Positions 48,106 through 56,581 of a stretch of 64,000 nucleotides of DNA are shown here, piece after piece. The stretch lies in contig CAJYLB010000001.1 in NCBI GenBank assembly GCA_913775595.1, positions 744,001-808,000 of the forward strand, read 5' to 3'. This DNA comes from an uncultured Aquiluna sp. Lineage in GTDB: Bacteria > Actinomycetota > Actinomycetes > Actinomycetales > Microbacteriaceae. Position 1 is the stretch's first letter. Each line of letters opens with the position of its first letter. The notes beneath the pieces were generated by a model. The model made no database searches. It was given only the letters and a program-made list of their open reading frames with translations, and was not told the origin of the DNA. The translations under genes and the position numbers were made by a program.

Positions 48106-51100
48106 AAACCTCTGCCAATCGCTCAAAAAGGTGCTCAACCCAGTCAATCACCTCTTGGTCGCGAATTGGCTCCCCCTGGCTGTTTTGCGGTATTGCGATA
48201 CTGAGAACACCCGCGGACTTGAGATACTTTGCGCTCGGAAAATGGTGTGACAGGGCAACCAACGAGGAGTCCTCAAGTGTTACTCCCGAGAGCTTGGCCT
48301 GAATGCCAAGAAGGTTCACGTCAGTAAGTCCAAGTCGGTTAGCGCTCTGACGAAGTCTGGTAACCGCAATTAGGTTCCTCACCGGCTCCGGCGGCTTGCC
48401 AAAACGATCAGTGAGCTCCGCAAGGATATCCTCAAGGGCCTTTTCTGTGGCCTTAGCTCCAGATTCACTCGAAAGCCTGTGGTAGGCCTCAAGCCTCAGC
48501 CGCTCACTGTCTACGTATTCGATCGGAATTCGAGCGTCCACGGGCAACTCGAGCTTTAGCTCCGCAGGCGAGGTCGGTGTCTCGCCTCTGAACTCACTTA
48601 CGGCCTCTGCAATCATTCGCAGGTAGAGGTCGAACCCAACGCCTGCGATGTGGCCAGACTGTTCTCCGCCTAGGAGGTTTCCCGCACCCCTGATTTCAAG
48701 ATCCTTCATGGCAACCTGCATGCCGCTGCCGAGTTCGTTATTGGTGGCAATAGTTGCGAGCCTGTCGTGGGCGGTCTCACTCAGTGGCTGGCTCGGATCA
48801 TAGAAAAAGTACGCATAGGCACGCTCTCTGGACCTTCCGACTCGGCCCCTAATTTGATGGAGCTGGCTGAGGCCAAATCTCTCGGCTCGGTCAACTATGA
48901 GGGTGTTGGCATTTGGGATATCGATTCCGGTTTCGATGATTGTTGTCGAAACCAGAACATCAAACTTTCGCTCCCAGAAGTCCATCACGACCTGCTCCAA
49001 CTGGTGCTCGGGCATCTGACCGTGAGCGACAGCAATTCTTGCCTCCGGCACGAGCTTGGCAATTTGTGATGCCGCGGAGTCTATGGTTGCAACCCTGTTG
49101 TGGACAAAGAAGACCTGTCCTTCGCGAATTAGCTCCCTGCGGATTGCTGCCGCGACTTGCTGCTCGCTATAGCCGCCGATGAAGGTGAGGATGGGTTGGC
49201 GCTCCTCTGGCGGGGTTGCAAGGGTGGACATCTCGCGGATTCCCGTGACTGCCATCTCCAGGGTTCTGGGTATCGGGGTGGCGCTCATCGCGAGCACATC
49301 GACGTTGTGCTTTAGATCCTTAATCTTCTCCTTGTGCTCGACACCAAAGCGCTGCTCCTCGTCAATGATTAGTAGCCCAAGATCTCTGAACTTCACATTT
49401 GATGAGAGCAGCCGATGGGTTCCAATGACCATGTCCAGTGCGCCAGACTCTAACCCCGCAATAACCTTCTTTGCCGCTGAGGCGGTTTGAAAACGGGAGA
49501 GCGCTCCCAGGTGAACTGGGAAGCCTGAGAACCTCGCTTTGAAAGTCTCGAGATGCTGGGACACAAGCAATGTCGTTGGTACCAGCATCGCAACCTGCTT
49601 ACCCTCCTGAATTGCCTTGAACGCTGCCCTGAGTGCCACCTCCGTCTTGCCGTATCCGACATCTCCGGCGAGCAGTCGATCCATCGGGATTTCCCGCTCC
49701 ATATCCCGCTTAACCTCATCGATTGTCGTGAGCTGGTCGGGAGTCTCCTGGAACTCGAAAGCGTCTTCGAGCTCTTTTTGCCAAAGAGTATCTGGACCGA
49801 AAGCATGGCCCTTGCTTTTCATGCGAGCCGAATAAAGCTTCACCAGATCGATGGCAATCTTTCTGACCGCTTTGCGAGCGTTGCCCTTTGCTCTAGCCCA
49901 GTCGGTGCCACCCATCTTTGACAGCACTGGAGCCTCAGCACCCACATAGCGAGAAAGCAAATCGAGCTGATCAGTTGGAACGAAAAGGGTATCTGCGGGA
50001 TAGCCACGCTTTGGCGGTGCATAGTCAATAACCAGATACTCCCTGACCTGCCCTCGGTTATCCCGTTGCACGAGCCTGTTGAAGCGCCCAACGCCGTGAA
50101 TCTCGTGAACCACGTAGTCACCGGCCTTGAGCTCCAGCGGATCGACTTGCTGACCCCGCCGAGGAGCCAGCTTGCGCTGAGTCGGGCTTAGATAGTTCGG
50201 CGATACTCCAAAAAACTCCTGCTCGGTAATTACAATCAGCGACTGCTCCGCCAGAACAAAACCGTGAGGGAGTGAGGAGATCGTGACGGTGACTTGCCCC
50301 GGGGCAACCGCCGACACCACCTCGCTAAAGGAAACTGGAACCTGAGCCTCGGTGAGGATTTCAACGAGCCTGTCGGCCGTGCCATGGCCTTTAGCTGTAA
50401 TCACAACGCTTTGCCTGCTACCAGTTTGATCCAGCACCCAATCGATGGCAGCGTCCCCAGCAAGAGCGGGGATCTCCCTAAGGCCAAGATCCTCGCTTGA
50501 TGCGGATGCCAGCGAGTCAAGCTTGATCAGTGGGTGCCTAGGTGCAACGAGGTCAATAAAGTCGCTGAGCTCATAGAAGCCTCCCCCGGAGAGATCAATC
50601 GGAGCGCTGCTCCCCTCAATTGCGGCATCCCAGGCGGCATGCAGAAACTCTTGGTTTGTCTCAACCAGGTTCTTGGCCCCGAGGCTGAGTCGCTCTGGAT
50701 CGAGCAGCACAACCGGAGAGTCTGGATTTAGATACTCGGTCACCGGCCCCATGCCGCTTGCCAGAACCGGTGCCAGGGACTCCATGCCACTAACCGGAAT
50801 CGCATTTGAAATCTTGTCCAACATCTCTGTGAGCTGCGGGAACTCAGCCGCCATTTCTCTCGCCTTCGAGGCGACCTGAGGGGTAATTAGAAGCTCTCTA
50901 GCGGGATAAATCTCAATCTCAGAGAGCTTTGTTTGCAAGGAGCGCTGATCCGCAACCTGGAACTCACGTATTTCCTCAAGCTCATCACCAAAAAACTCCA
51001 GCCTGACAGCATGCTCTGCGGTGGTGGGGAAGACATCCAAGATTCCACCCCTGATCAAGAACTCCCCCCTTCGAGTCACCAGATCAACCCGCTCGTAGGC

Positions 51101-51583
51101 GATTTCGATTAGCTTCAGCGTCAGCTCGGGAAGCAGGTAATTCTCGCCACTGGCAATTTTGAGTGGCGGATGCTCGCTGAGCCCACCAACCACTGGTTGC
51201 AGGGCGGCTCTAACCGAAAGCGAAAGAAGGACCGGGTGCTTTGGAGCCTCTTTGCTGAACTCGCTCAGGCGATGAAGGGCCCGCATTCGCTGCCCCACAA
51301 CCTGAGGTGATGGCGAGAGCCGCTCGTGAGGCAGGGTCTCCCATGATGGAAACTCGATGATCTCTAGGCCCTCAACTAGATCCCGGAGCGCTTCTGCAGT
51401 TTCCCCGGCTGTCCTTCCCGAAGCCGACACAACAACCAGCGGAGTCTTAGTCGCTGAGAGCATTGCTGCCAAAGCGACCAGCTGGGTCTTGGTTGGGGAA
51501 AACAAATCGCCCGACTTGAGCGCGCGCGCAGGCGCCAGCGAACGCGCGGACGCGGCCGCAGAAATCAGTGAGCGGATGGTCAC
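48062..51583 (-). CDS. mfd: Transcription-repair coupling factor
   Basis: WETLPHERLSP, RGGILD, VVHEIHGVG, GDVGYGKT, DEEQRFG, QIRGRVGR, DLEIRGAGN. Confidence 0.98.
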   Translation of the reverse strand: MTIRSLISAAASARSLAPARALKSGDLFSPTKTQLVALAAMLSATKTPLVVVSASGRTAGETAEALRDLVEGLEIIEFPSWETLPHERLSPSPQVVGQRMRALHRLSEFSKEAPKHPVLLSLSVRAALQPVVGGLSEHPPLKIASGENYLLPELTLKLIEIAYERVDLVTRRGEFLIRGGILDVFPTTAEHAVRLEFFGDELEEIREFQVADQRSLQTKLSEIEIYPARELLITPQVASKAREMAAEFPQLTEMLDKISNAIPVSGMESLAPVLASGMGPVTEYLNPDSPVVLLDPERLSLGAKNLVETNQEFLHAAWDAAIEGSSAPIDLSGGGFYELSDFIDLVAPRHPLIKLDSLASASSEDLGLREIPALAGDAAIDWVLDQTGSRQSVVITAKGHGTADRLVEILTEAQVPVSFSEVVSAVAPGQVTVTISSLPHGFVLAEQSLIVITEQEFFGVSPNYLSPTQRKLAPRRGQQVDPLELKAGDYVVHEIHGVGRFNRLVQRDNRGQVREYLVIDYAPPKRGYPADTLFVPTDQLDLLSRYVGAEAPVLSKMGGTDWARAKGNARKAVRKIAIDLVKLYSARMKSKGHAFGPDTLWQKELEDAFEFQETPDQLTTIDEVKRDMEREIPMDRLLAGDVGYGKTEVALRAAFKAIQEGKQVAMLVPTTLLVSQHLETFKARFSGFPVHLGALSRFQTASAAKKVIAGLESGALDMVIGTHRLLSSNVKFRDLGLLIIDEEQRFGVEHKEKIKDLKHNVDVLAMSATPIPRTLEMAVTGIREMSTLATPPEERQPILTFIGGYSEQQVAAAIRRELIREGQVFFVHNRVATIDSAASQIAKLVPEARIAVAHGQMPEHQLEQVVMDFWERKFDVLVSTTIIETGIDIPNANTLIVDRAERFGLSQLHQIRGRVGRSRERAYAYFFYDPSQPLSETAHDRLATIATNNELGSGMQVAMKDLEIRGAGNLLGGEQSGHIAGVGFDLYLRMIAEAVSEFRGETPTSPAELKLELPVDARIPIEYVDSERLRLEAYHRLSSESGAKATEKALEDILAELTDRFGKPPEPVRNLIAVTRLRQSANRLGLTDVNLLGIQAKLSGVTLEDSSLVALSHHFPSAKYLKSAGVLSIAIPQNSQGEPIRDQEVIDWVEHLFERLAEVYGEANKSDSNSAPA

Positions 51584-51592
51584 ACAGGAAGT

Positions 51593-52204
51593 CTAGGACT
51601 CAACCAGCTGGGCGACTTTTTCGCAGGCCTCATCGATCAAGGCACCAAGCTCTTTACGCTCAGAGGCTGAGAAGTCCTTTAGGACGTAATCTGCAACTGG
51701 CATCTGGCCCGGAGGGCGGCCGATGCCAAAGCGAACCCTGTGGTAGTTGGTGCCAACCTTCGCGGATATGTCCCGCAGTCCGTTGTGCCCGGCGTGGCCG
51801 CCATCAAACTTCACGCGAATATCCGTGAAATCAATATCTAGCTCATCGTGAATCACAACAAGACTCGTTGGATCAAGGGAGTAAAACTTCAGAAGTTTTG
51901 AGACGGGATTACCCGAGAGGTTCATGAAGGATGTGCTCTTGGCCAGCACTATCTTGCCGCCGCCAACCATTTTGTATTCGGCAACCAGTGAGCCCGACTT
52001 GTGTGAGCGGAAGCTGCTGCCAAACTTCTTTGCCAGCTCGTCCACAACCATCTGGCCGATGTTGTGGCGATTGTTTTGATAGCCGGGCCCAGGATTACCG
52101 AGCCCGACTACCAACCAAGTGTCGTTACTCTGCAGACTCTGATTCTTCTGCGGCTGCTGGCTCTTCGCCCTCAGCGGCTTCAGTCTCTGCAGCAGGCTCT
52201 TCAT
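51593..52204 (-). CDS. pth: Peptidyl-tRNA hydrolase (start uncertain)
   Basis: LVVGLGNPG, RHNIG, FMNLSG, HDELD, GHNGL; best start ATG 52204 with GGAG 6 nt upstream, inside rplY. Confidence 0.92.
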   Translation of the reverse strand: MKSLLQRLKPLRAKSQQPQKNQSLQSNDTWLVVGLGNPGPGYQNNRHNIGQMVVDELAKKFGSSFRSHKSGSLVAEYKMVGGGKIVLAKSTSFMNLSGNPVSKLLKFYSLDPTSLVVIHDELDIDFTDIRVKFDGGHAGHNGLRDISAKVGTNYHRVRFGIGRPPGQMPVADYVLKDFSASERKELGALIDEACEKVAQLVES

Positions 52205-52754
52205 CAGCAACTCCGGCTCTGGTCTCAACAACCGAAGCTACCAGCTCATCACTTGCAAGTTCCATAAGGACGCCCTGTGGGACGTTTAGGTCGGCCACGG
52301 TGTAGTGGTGACCTGCTGCGTTCTCCTTGGAGATTTCCAGCTCAATGAACTGCGGGATGTGGGTGGCCTCTGCCTCAACCTTTACGGTCTTGTGCTCAAG
52401 GTCAACAACCGTTCCACCCATTGGCTCACCAACAACGTGGACTGGAACCTCAACGTGGACCTTCTCGCCCTTCTTGACCTCTACTAGGTCAACGTGCTCG
52501 ATGACCTGGGTAACTGGGTCCTTCGCTGCACTCTTTACGAGAACCAGCTCCTCCTTGCCAGCAATCTTGAGCTCAAGCAGTGCATTCTTGACGCGCAGTG
52601 CTAGGGCAACCTCGTGTGCTGGTAGGTGGATGTGGCGGGTGGCGTTTCCGTGACCGTAAATTACGGCTGGGGTGCGCTGTGCGGCGCGAAGCTTGCGAGC
52701 AGCGCCTTTACCGAAGCTCTCGCGAACTTCTGCTTCAATCTTGGTCTCTGACAT
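52125..52754 (-). CDS. rplY: 50S ribosomal protein bL25/Ctc (long form)
   Basis: GKGAARKLR, PAVIYGHG, HVDL, acidic tail. Confidence 0.96.
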   Translation of the reverse strand: MSETKIEAEVRESFGKGAARKLRAAQRTPAVIYGHGNATRHIHLPAHEVALALRVKNALLELKIAGKEELVLVKSAAKDPVTQVIEHVDLVEVKKGEKVHVEVPVHVVGEPMGGTVVDLEHKTVKVEAEATHIPQFIELEISKENAAGHHYTVADLNVPQGVLMELASDELVASVVETRAGVADEEPAAETEAAEGEEPAAAEESESAE

Positions 52755-52830
52755 CTTTTCCTCTAATCACATGGCGAGGAAAAGGACCCCGTCGATTACG
52801 GACACTTTCGTATCCCTCGCCGCTGAACAG
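52755..52830 (-). promoter_or_regulatory. Structured rplY 5' leader, candidate ribosomal-protein leader switch
   Basis: -10 TAGTCT at 52836-52841; P1 GGCGAGG/CCTCGCC, GAAA tetraloop hairpin, competing 9-bp anti-SD/SD helix. Confidence 0.6.
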
Positions 52831-52846
52831 CTTGAAGACTAACGGA

Positions 52847-54046
52847 TTAGCGCAGGGCTCTCAAGCCCCAGCGCAAAATCAGCGCAGCGGTAAGTGAGGT
52901 TACTCCAACCACAAGCCCACCGAAAGGAACGCTAAGCGCGACCAGAACGCAAAGACCCATGCCGGCTAAGTTCAGCCATTTGGGTCTGGTGGTCTCCGAG
53001 CGAGGTTGGCGGTAAGCAGCAAGATTTGCAATCGCGTAATAACTCAAAACCGCAAACGACGAGATGCCTATAGTCAGCACCACGCTCCCAGTTGCCACCA
53101 GCACGATAACGAGAGACGCAATGATCACCTCCGCAAGTGCGGGTGTTCCGTTCTTTAGCTTCCTGGATAGCGCCCTGGGAAGTTCTCCATCGAGTGCCAT
53201 CTCGGACGCCGTGCGACTCATGCCAGCCAATAGCGCGAGCAAAGAACCCAGGGTGGCAACCGCCGCAAAAACCGCCACAATTTCAGCTTCAACCCCGAGC
53301 GACTGCCCGGCTAGATCTGCCAGTGGGGTCAGCGAACCTGCCAGTGAGGGTCCCAACTTGAGTGTAAGAACCAGGGCCAAAGCTAGATAGAGCGCTAGCA
53401 CGATGGCCAGCGAGGTCCTTATCGCACTTGGCACGTTCTGTTCAGGATCTTTGACCTCACCCCCCAGCGTGGCAACGCGCGCATAGCCGGCAAAGGCAAA
53501 GAAGAACATCGAGGCAGCGGTCAGCACGCCAGGAAAGCTTGGCTGTGCAATGGACCCGGTTGCGGGCTCCGCAAACAGCGATGCCAAGATCAGGGCGAGC
53601 AAAAAGGCGAGAGTGATTCCAGCCAGAATCTTCGACCCCAGTGCCGTGCGGTTAATACCCGCGATATTTATCGCCGCCATCACCACTACGGCTAAAACTG
53701 CAGTCACAGTCTCGAGGCCGGGAGTGAGATAAGTGGCAAAGACGAGCGCAATGGCGGCTGCAGAGCCTATCTTCCCAACCAAGAAGCTTGCACCAGCAAG
53801 AAAACCCCAAGCGTTGTTCAGGTAGTGCCGGGCGTAGGCGTATGCACCACCTGACCGGGTAACGACCCTGGCAAGCTGGGAGATGCTGGCGGCATTTAGG
53901 TAGGCGACAAGGGCAGCCAAAAGAATGGAAACAAAGATCAGCGAGCCAGCAAGCTCACTGGCGGGTCCAAAAACTACAAATGCTCCAGCACCCAGCATCG
54001 CGGCCAAGCCAATGAATACCGCATCTAGGCGGCCAAGCAGTTTCAC
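52847..54046 (-). CDS. APC family amino acid permease
   Basis: GLAAMLGAGAF, SGGAYAYA, FFAFAGY, GEVKDP. Confidence 0.9.
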   Translation of the reverse strand: MKLLGRLDAVFIGLAAMLGAGAFVVFGPASELAGSLIFVSILLAALVAYLNAASISQLARVVTRSGGAYAYARHYLNNAWGFLAGASFLVGKIGSAAAIALVFATYLTPGLETVTAVLAVVVMAAINIAGINRTALGSKILAGITLAFLLALILASLFAEPATGSIAQPSFPGVLTAASMFFFAFAGYARVATLGGEVKDPEQNVPSAIRTSLAIVLALYLALALVLTLKLGPSLAGSLTPLADLAGQSLGVEAEIVAVFAAVATLGSLLALLAGMSRTASEMALDGELPRALSRKLKNGTPALAEVIIASLVIVLVATGSVVLTIGISSFAVLSYYAIANLAAYRQPRSETTRPKWLNLAGMGLCVLVALSVPFGGLVVGVTSLTAALILRWGLRALR

Positions 54047-54055
54047 GGGGTGATT

Positions 54056-55030
54056 TTAGGCGTGGCCTGGAAACAACGAGTTAACTGAGTCGTCGTAGAA
54101 GACCGCTGCAATCGCTTTGGCAATAAGTGGCGCGATCGATAGCACGTGCAGGTTCTCAAATTCCTTGTCAGGGGTAATTGGCAGGGTATTGGTAACAACC
54201 ACAGCATCTATTGCTGGATCGCTGAGACGCTCTGAAGCTGGAGCTGAGAAAACGGCGTGAGTTGCGGCAACGATGACCCTAGCCGCGCCGTTTTCCTTCA
54301 GCGCCTTGGCGGCAGCCAGGATTGTGCCACCGGTGTCGATCATGTCGTCAACAATCAGGCAGTCCCTACCCTCAACCTGGCCAACAATTTCATTTACCTG
54401 CACCTGATTTGGCTTATCTGGATCCCTGCGCTTGTGGACAATGGCAAGCGGAGTCGCAAGCCGGTCTGCCCAGATATCAGCAACCCGAACTCGACCAGAG
54501 TCTGGAGAGACCACCGTGAGGTTTTCGGTGCCCCACTTGTCGGCAACGTAGTCGGCGAGAATTGGCAGCGCCCACAGGTGGTCCACCGGTCCGTCAAAAA
54601 AGCCCTGAATCTGGGGTGAGTGGAGATCAACGGACATGAGCCTGTCCGCACCTGCTGTGCGATAGAGGTCGGTAACTAGTCGCGCGGAGATAGGCTCGCG
54701 GCCCTTGTGCTTCTTGTCCTGGCGCGCATAGGGGAAAAACGGTGCTACAACGGTAATTCGCTTGGCACTGGCTCGTTTCATGGCATCCACCATCAACAGG
54801 TGCTCCATGGTCCAGTGGTTGATTGGGTTTGGGTGGGCCTGAATTATGAAGGCGTCGACGCCGCGAACGCTTCTTTCGTATCTCACGAAGGTCTCGCCAT
54901 TTGCAAAGTCGTACGCGGTGACCGGTACTAGCTCGGTCTTGAGGATCTCGGCAACCTCCTGGGCCAGTGACTGGTGCGCTCTTCCCGAAGCAATCACCAT
55001 TTGCTTACTCGCTGGCTTTTCAATTGCCAT
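54056..55030 (-). CDS. prs: Ribose-phosphate pyrophosphokinase
   Basis: FANGE, PYARQDKK, DLH, VSPDSG, VDDMIDTGGT. Confidence 0.97.
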   Translation of the reverse strand: MAIEKPASKQMVIASGRAHQSLAQEVAEILKTELVPVTAYDFANGETFVRYERSVRGVDAFIIQAHPNPINHWTMEHLLMVDAMKRASAKRITVVAPFFPYARQDKKHKGREPISARLVTDLYRTAGADRLMSVDLHSPQIQGFFDGPVDHLWALPILADYVADKWGTENLTVVSPDSGRVRVADIWADRLATPLAIVHKRRDPDKPNQVQVNEIVGQVEGRDCLIVDDMIDTGGTILAAAKALKENGAARVIVAATHAVFSAPASERLSDPAIDAVVVTNTLPITPDKEFENLHVLSIAPLIAKAIAAVFYDDSVNSLFPGHA

Positions 55031-55033
55031 TGA

Positions 55034-56449
55034 CTACTCCGTCTCCTCGCTTGCTGCCTTCGCCGAGTCCGAACCCGGCCTCTTTTCTAGTACCCACCCC
55101 GCCAGGTTTTTTTGCGGTGTCGTATTTAATGCTAGTGCCCCAGCCTCTACATCTCTGCGGATAGTTGAACCGGCGGCGGTGTAGGCACCAGCTCCAATGT
55201 TTACCGGCGCCACAAAAACATTTCCGCTTCCCGTCTTAGCATGCCTACCAACTATGCTGCGGTGCTTTTTCTCTCCGTCGTAGTTGGCAAAGATCGTCCC
55301 GGCGCCGATGTTTGCCCCCTCGCCAATCTCGGCATCTCCCACATAGCTGAGGTGTGGCACCTTGGCACCCGACCCAATCTTCGCGTTCTTCGTTTCCACG
55401 AAAGCGCCGATCTTTCCATCCGCTCCCAGTTCAGTTCCGGGCCTGAGGTAGGAAAACGGTCCGACGTTGGCTCTGTCGCCAACCTTTGCGCCCTCGGCTT
55501 GGGTTCTGACAACCTTTGCTCCGCTTCCAACCTCGGTGTCGAGCAGCGATGTGTCGGGTCCAATGGTGCTTCCTGCACCGACACGCGTGAGTCCATGCAG
55601 CCTGGTGGAGGGTTTCAATAGGACGTCTTGACCAAGCTGAACCGTTACGTCGATTAGCGTCGTTGCCGGCTCTAGCACGGTGACGCCAGCGAGCTGCCAA
55701 GCTCGCACAATTCTGCGATTTAGCTCCGCAGCGACTTCGCTGAGCTGAACCCTGTCGTTGATGCCAGCAACCAACCAGTGGTCGGAAATGACGTGAGCCT
55801 CAACCTTTTGCCCAGAACCGAGCATGATTGCCGCAACGTCTGTGAGGTACTTCTCGTTTTGGGCGTTATTTGTGTCCACCTTGCCCAGGGCTTCGACAAG
55901 TGCCTCCGCCTCGAAGCAGTAAACACCGGCGTTTACCTCATTGATTGCAAGCTGCTCATCGGAGGCGTCTTTTTGCTCGACTATCTCTTTTAGCTCTCCC
56001 CCAGATCGGACGACACGTCCGTAGCCATTTGGATTCTCGAGCTCACAGCTGATCAAGGTAGCGCTGTTCGCACCTTCACGGTGTCTTACAACGAGCTCCC
56101 CAATTGACTGGGTGTCCAGAAGCGGCACGTCCCCTGAGAGCACAACAACTTCACCTTCGAAACCTTTTGGCAGAGCCGAGAGCGCTGCCTCGACTGCCCT
56201 GCCAGTTCCCGGAATATCATCCTGCTCCGCAATCAGAGTCTGAGGAAAGTGCTCAGAAATATAGCTCTCGATGTCGGCCTTTTTGTGCCGAAGGACTGCA
56301 ACTACGTGCGCGGCAGAGAGTGAGTGAGCGGTGGCAAGTACATGTCCAATTATTGGAAGGCCGGCCATCTGGTGAAGAACTTTGGGGGTAGCGCTTTTCA
56401 TGCGGGTGCCTTCGCCAGCGGCTAGCACCACCACTGCTAGTTGTCGCAC
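55034..56449 (-). CDS. glmU: Bifunctional UDP-GlcNAc pyrophosphorylase/glucosamine-1-P acetyltransferase
   Basis: LAAGEGTRMKS, GYGR, hexapeptide repeats, HLSYVGDA, NYDG. Confidence 0.97.
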   Translation of the reverse strand: MRQLAVVVLAAGEGTRMKSATPKVLHQMAGLPIIGHVLATAHSLSAAHVVAVLRHKKADIESYISEHFPQTLIAEQDDIPGTGRAVEAALSALPKGFEGEVVVLSGDVPLLDTQSIGELVVRHREGANSATLISCELENPNGYGRVVRSGGELKEIVEQKDASDEQLAINEVNAGVYCFEAEALVEALGKVDTNNAQNEKYLTDVAAIMLGSGQKVEAHVISDHWLVAGINDRVQLSEVAAELNRRIVRAWQLAGVTVLEPATTLIDVTVQLGQDVLLKPSTRLHGLTRVGAGSTIGPDTSLLDTEVGSGAKVVRTQAEGAKVGDRANVGPFSYLRPGTELGADGKIGAFVETKNAKIGSGAKVPHLSYVGDAEIGEGANIGAGTIFANYDGEKKHRSIVGRHAKTGSGNVFVAPVNIGAGAYTAAGSTIRRDVEAGALALNTTPQKNLAGWVLEKRPGSDSAKAASEETE

Positions 56450-56471
56450 TCAGCCTCCCGATCGCTTCCTG

Positions 56472-56543
56472 CTCCGCCCCTAGGATTCGAACCTAGACCG
56501 GACGCCTCCAAAGGGCGCCGTGCTGCCATTACACCAGAGCGGA
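56472..56543 (-). tRNA. tRNA-Gln(TTG), CCA not encoded
   Basis: TCCGCTC/GGGCGGA acceptor stem, GCGCC-CTTTGGA-GGCGT anticodon arm, CTAGG-TTCGAAT-CCTAG T arm; usual position upstream of glmU. Confidence 0.95.
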
Positions 56544-56581
56544 ACGAGGTAACCCTCGAGTGCAAGTCTGCCAGAGAATTG

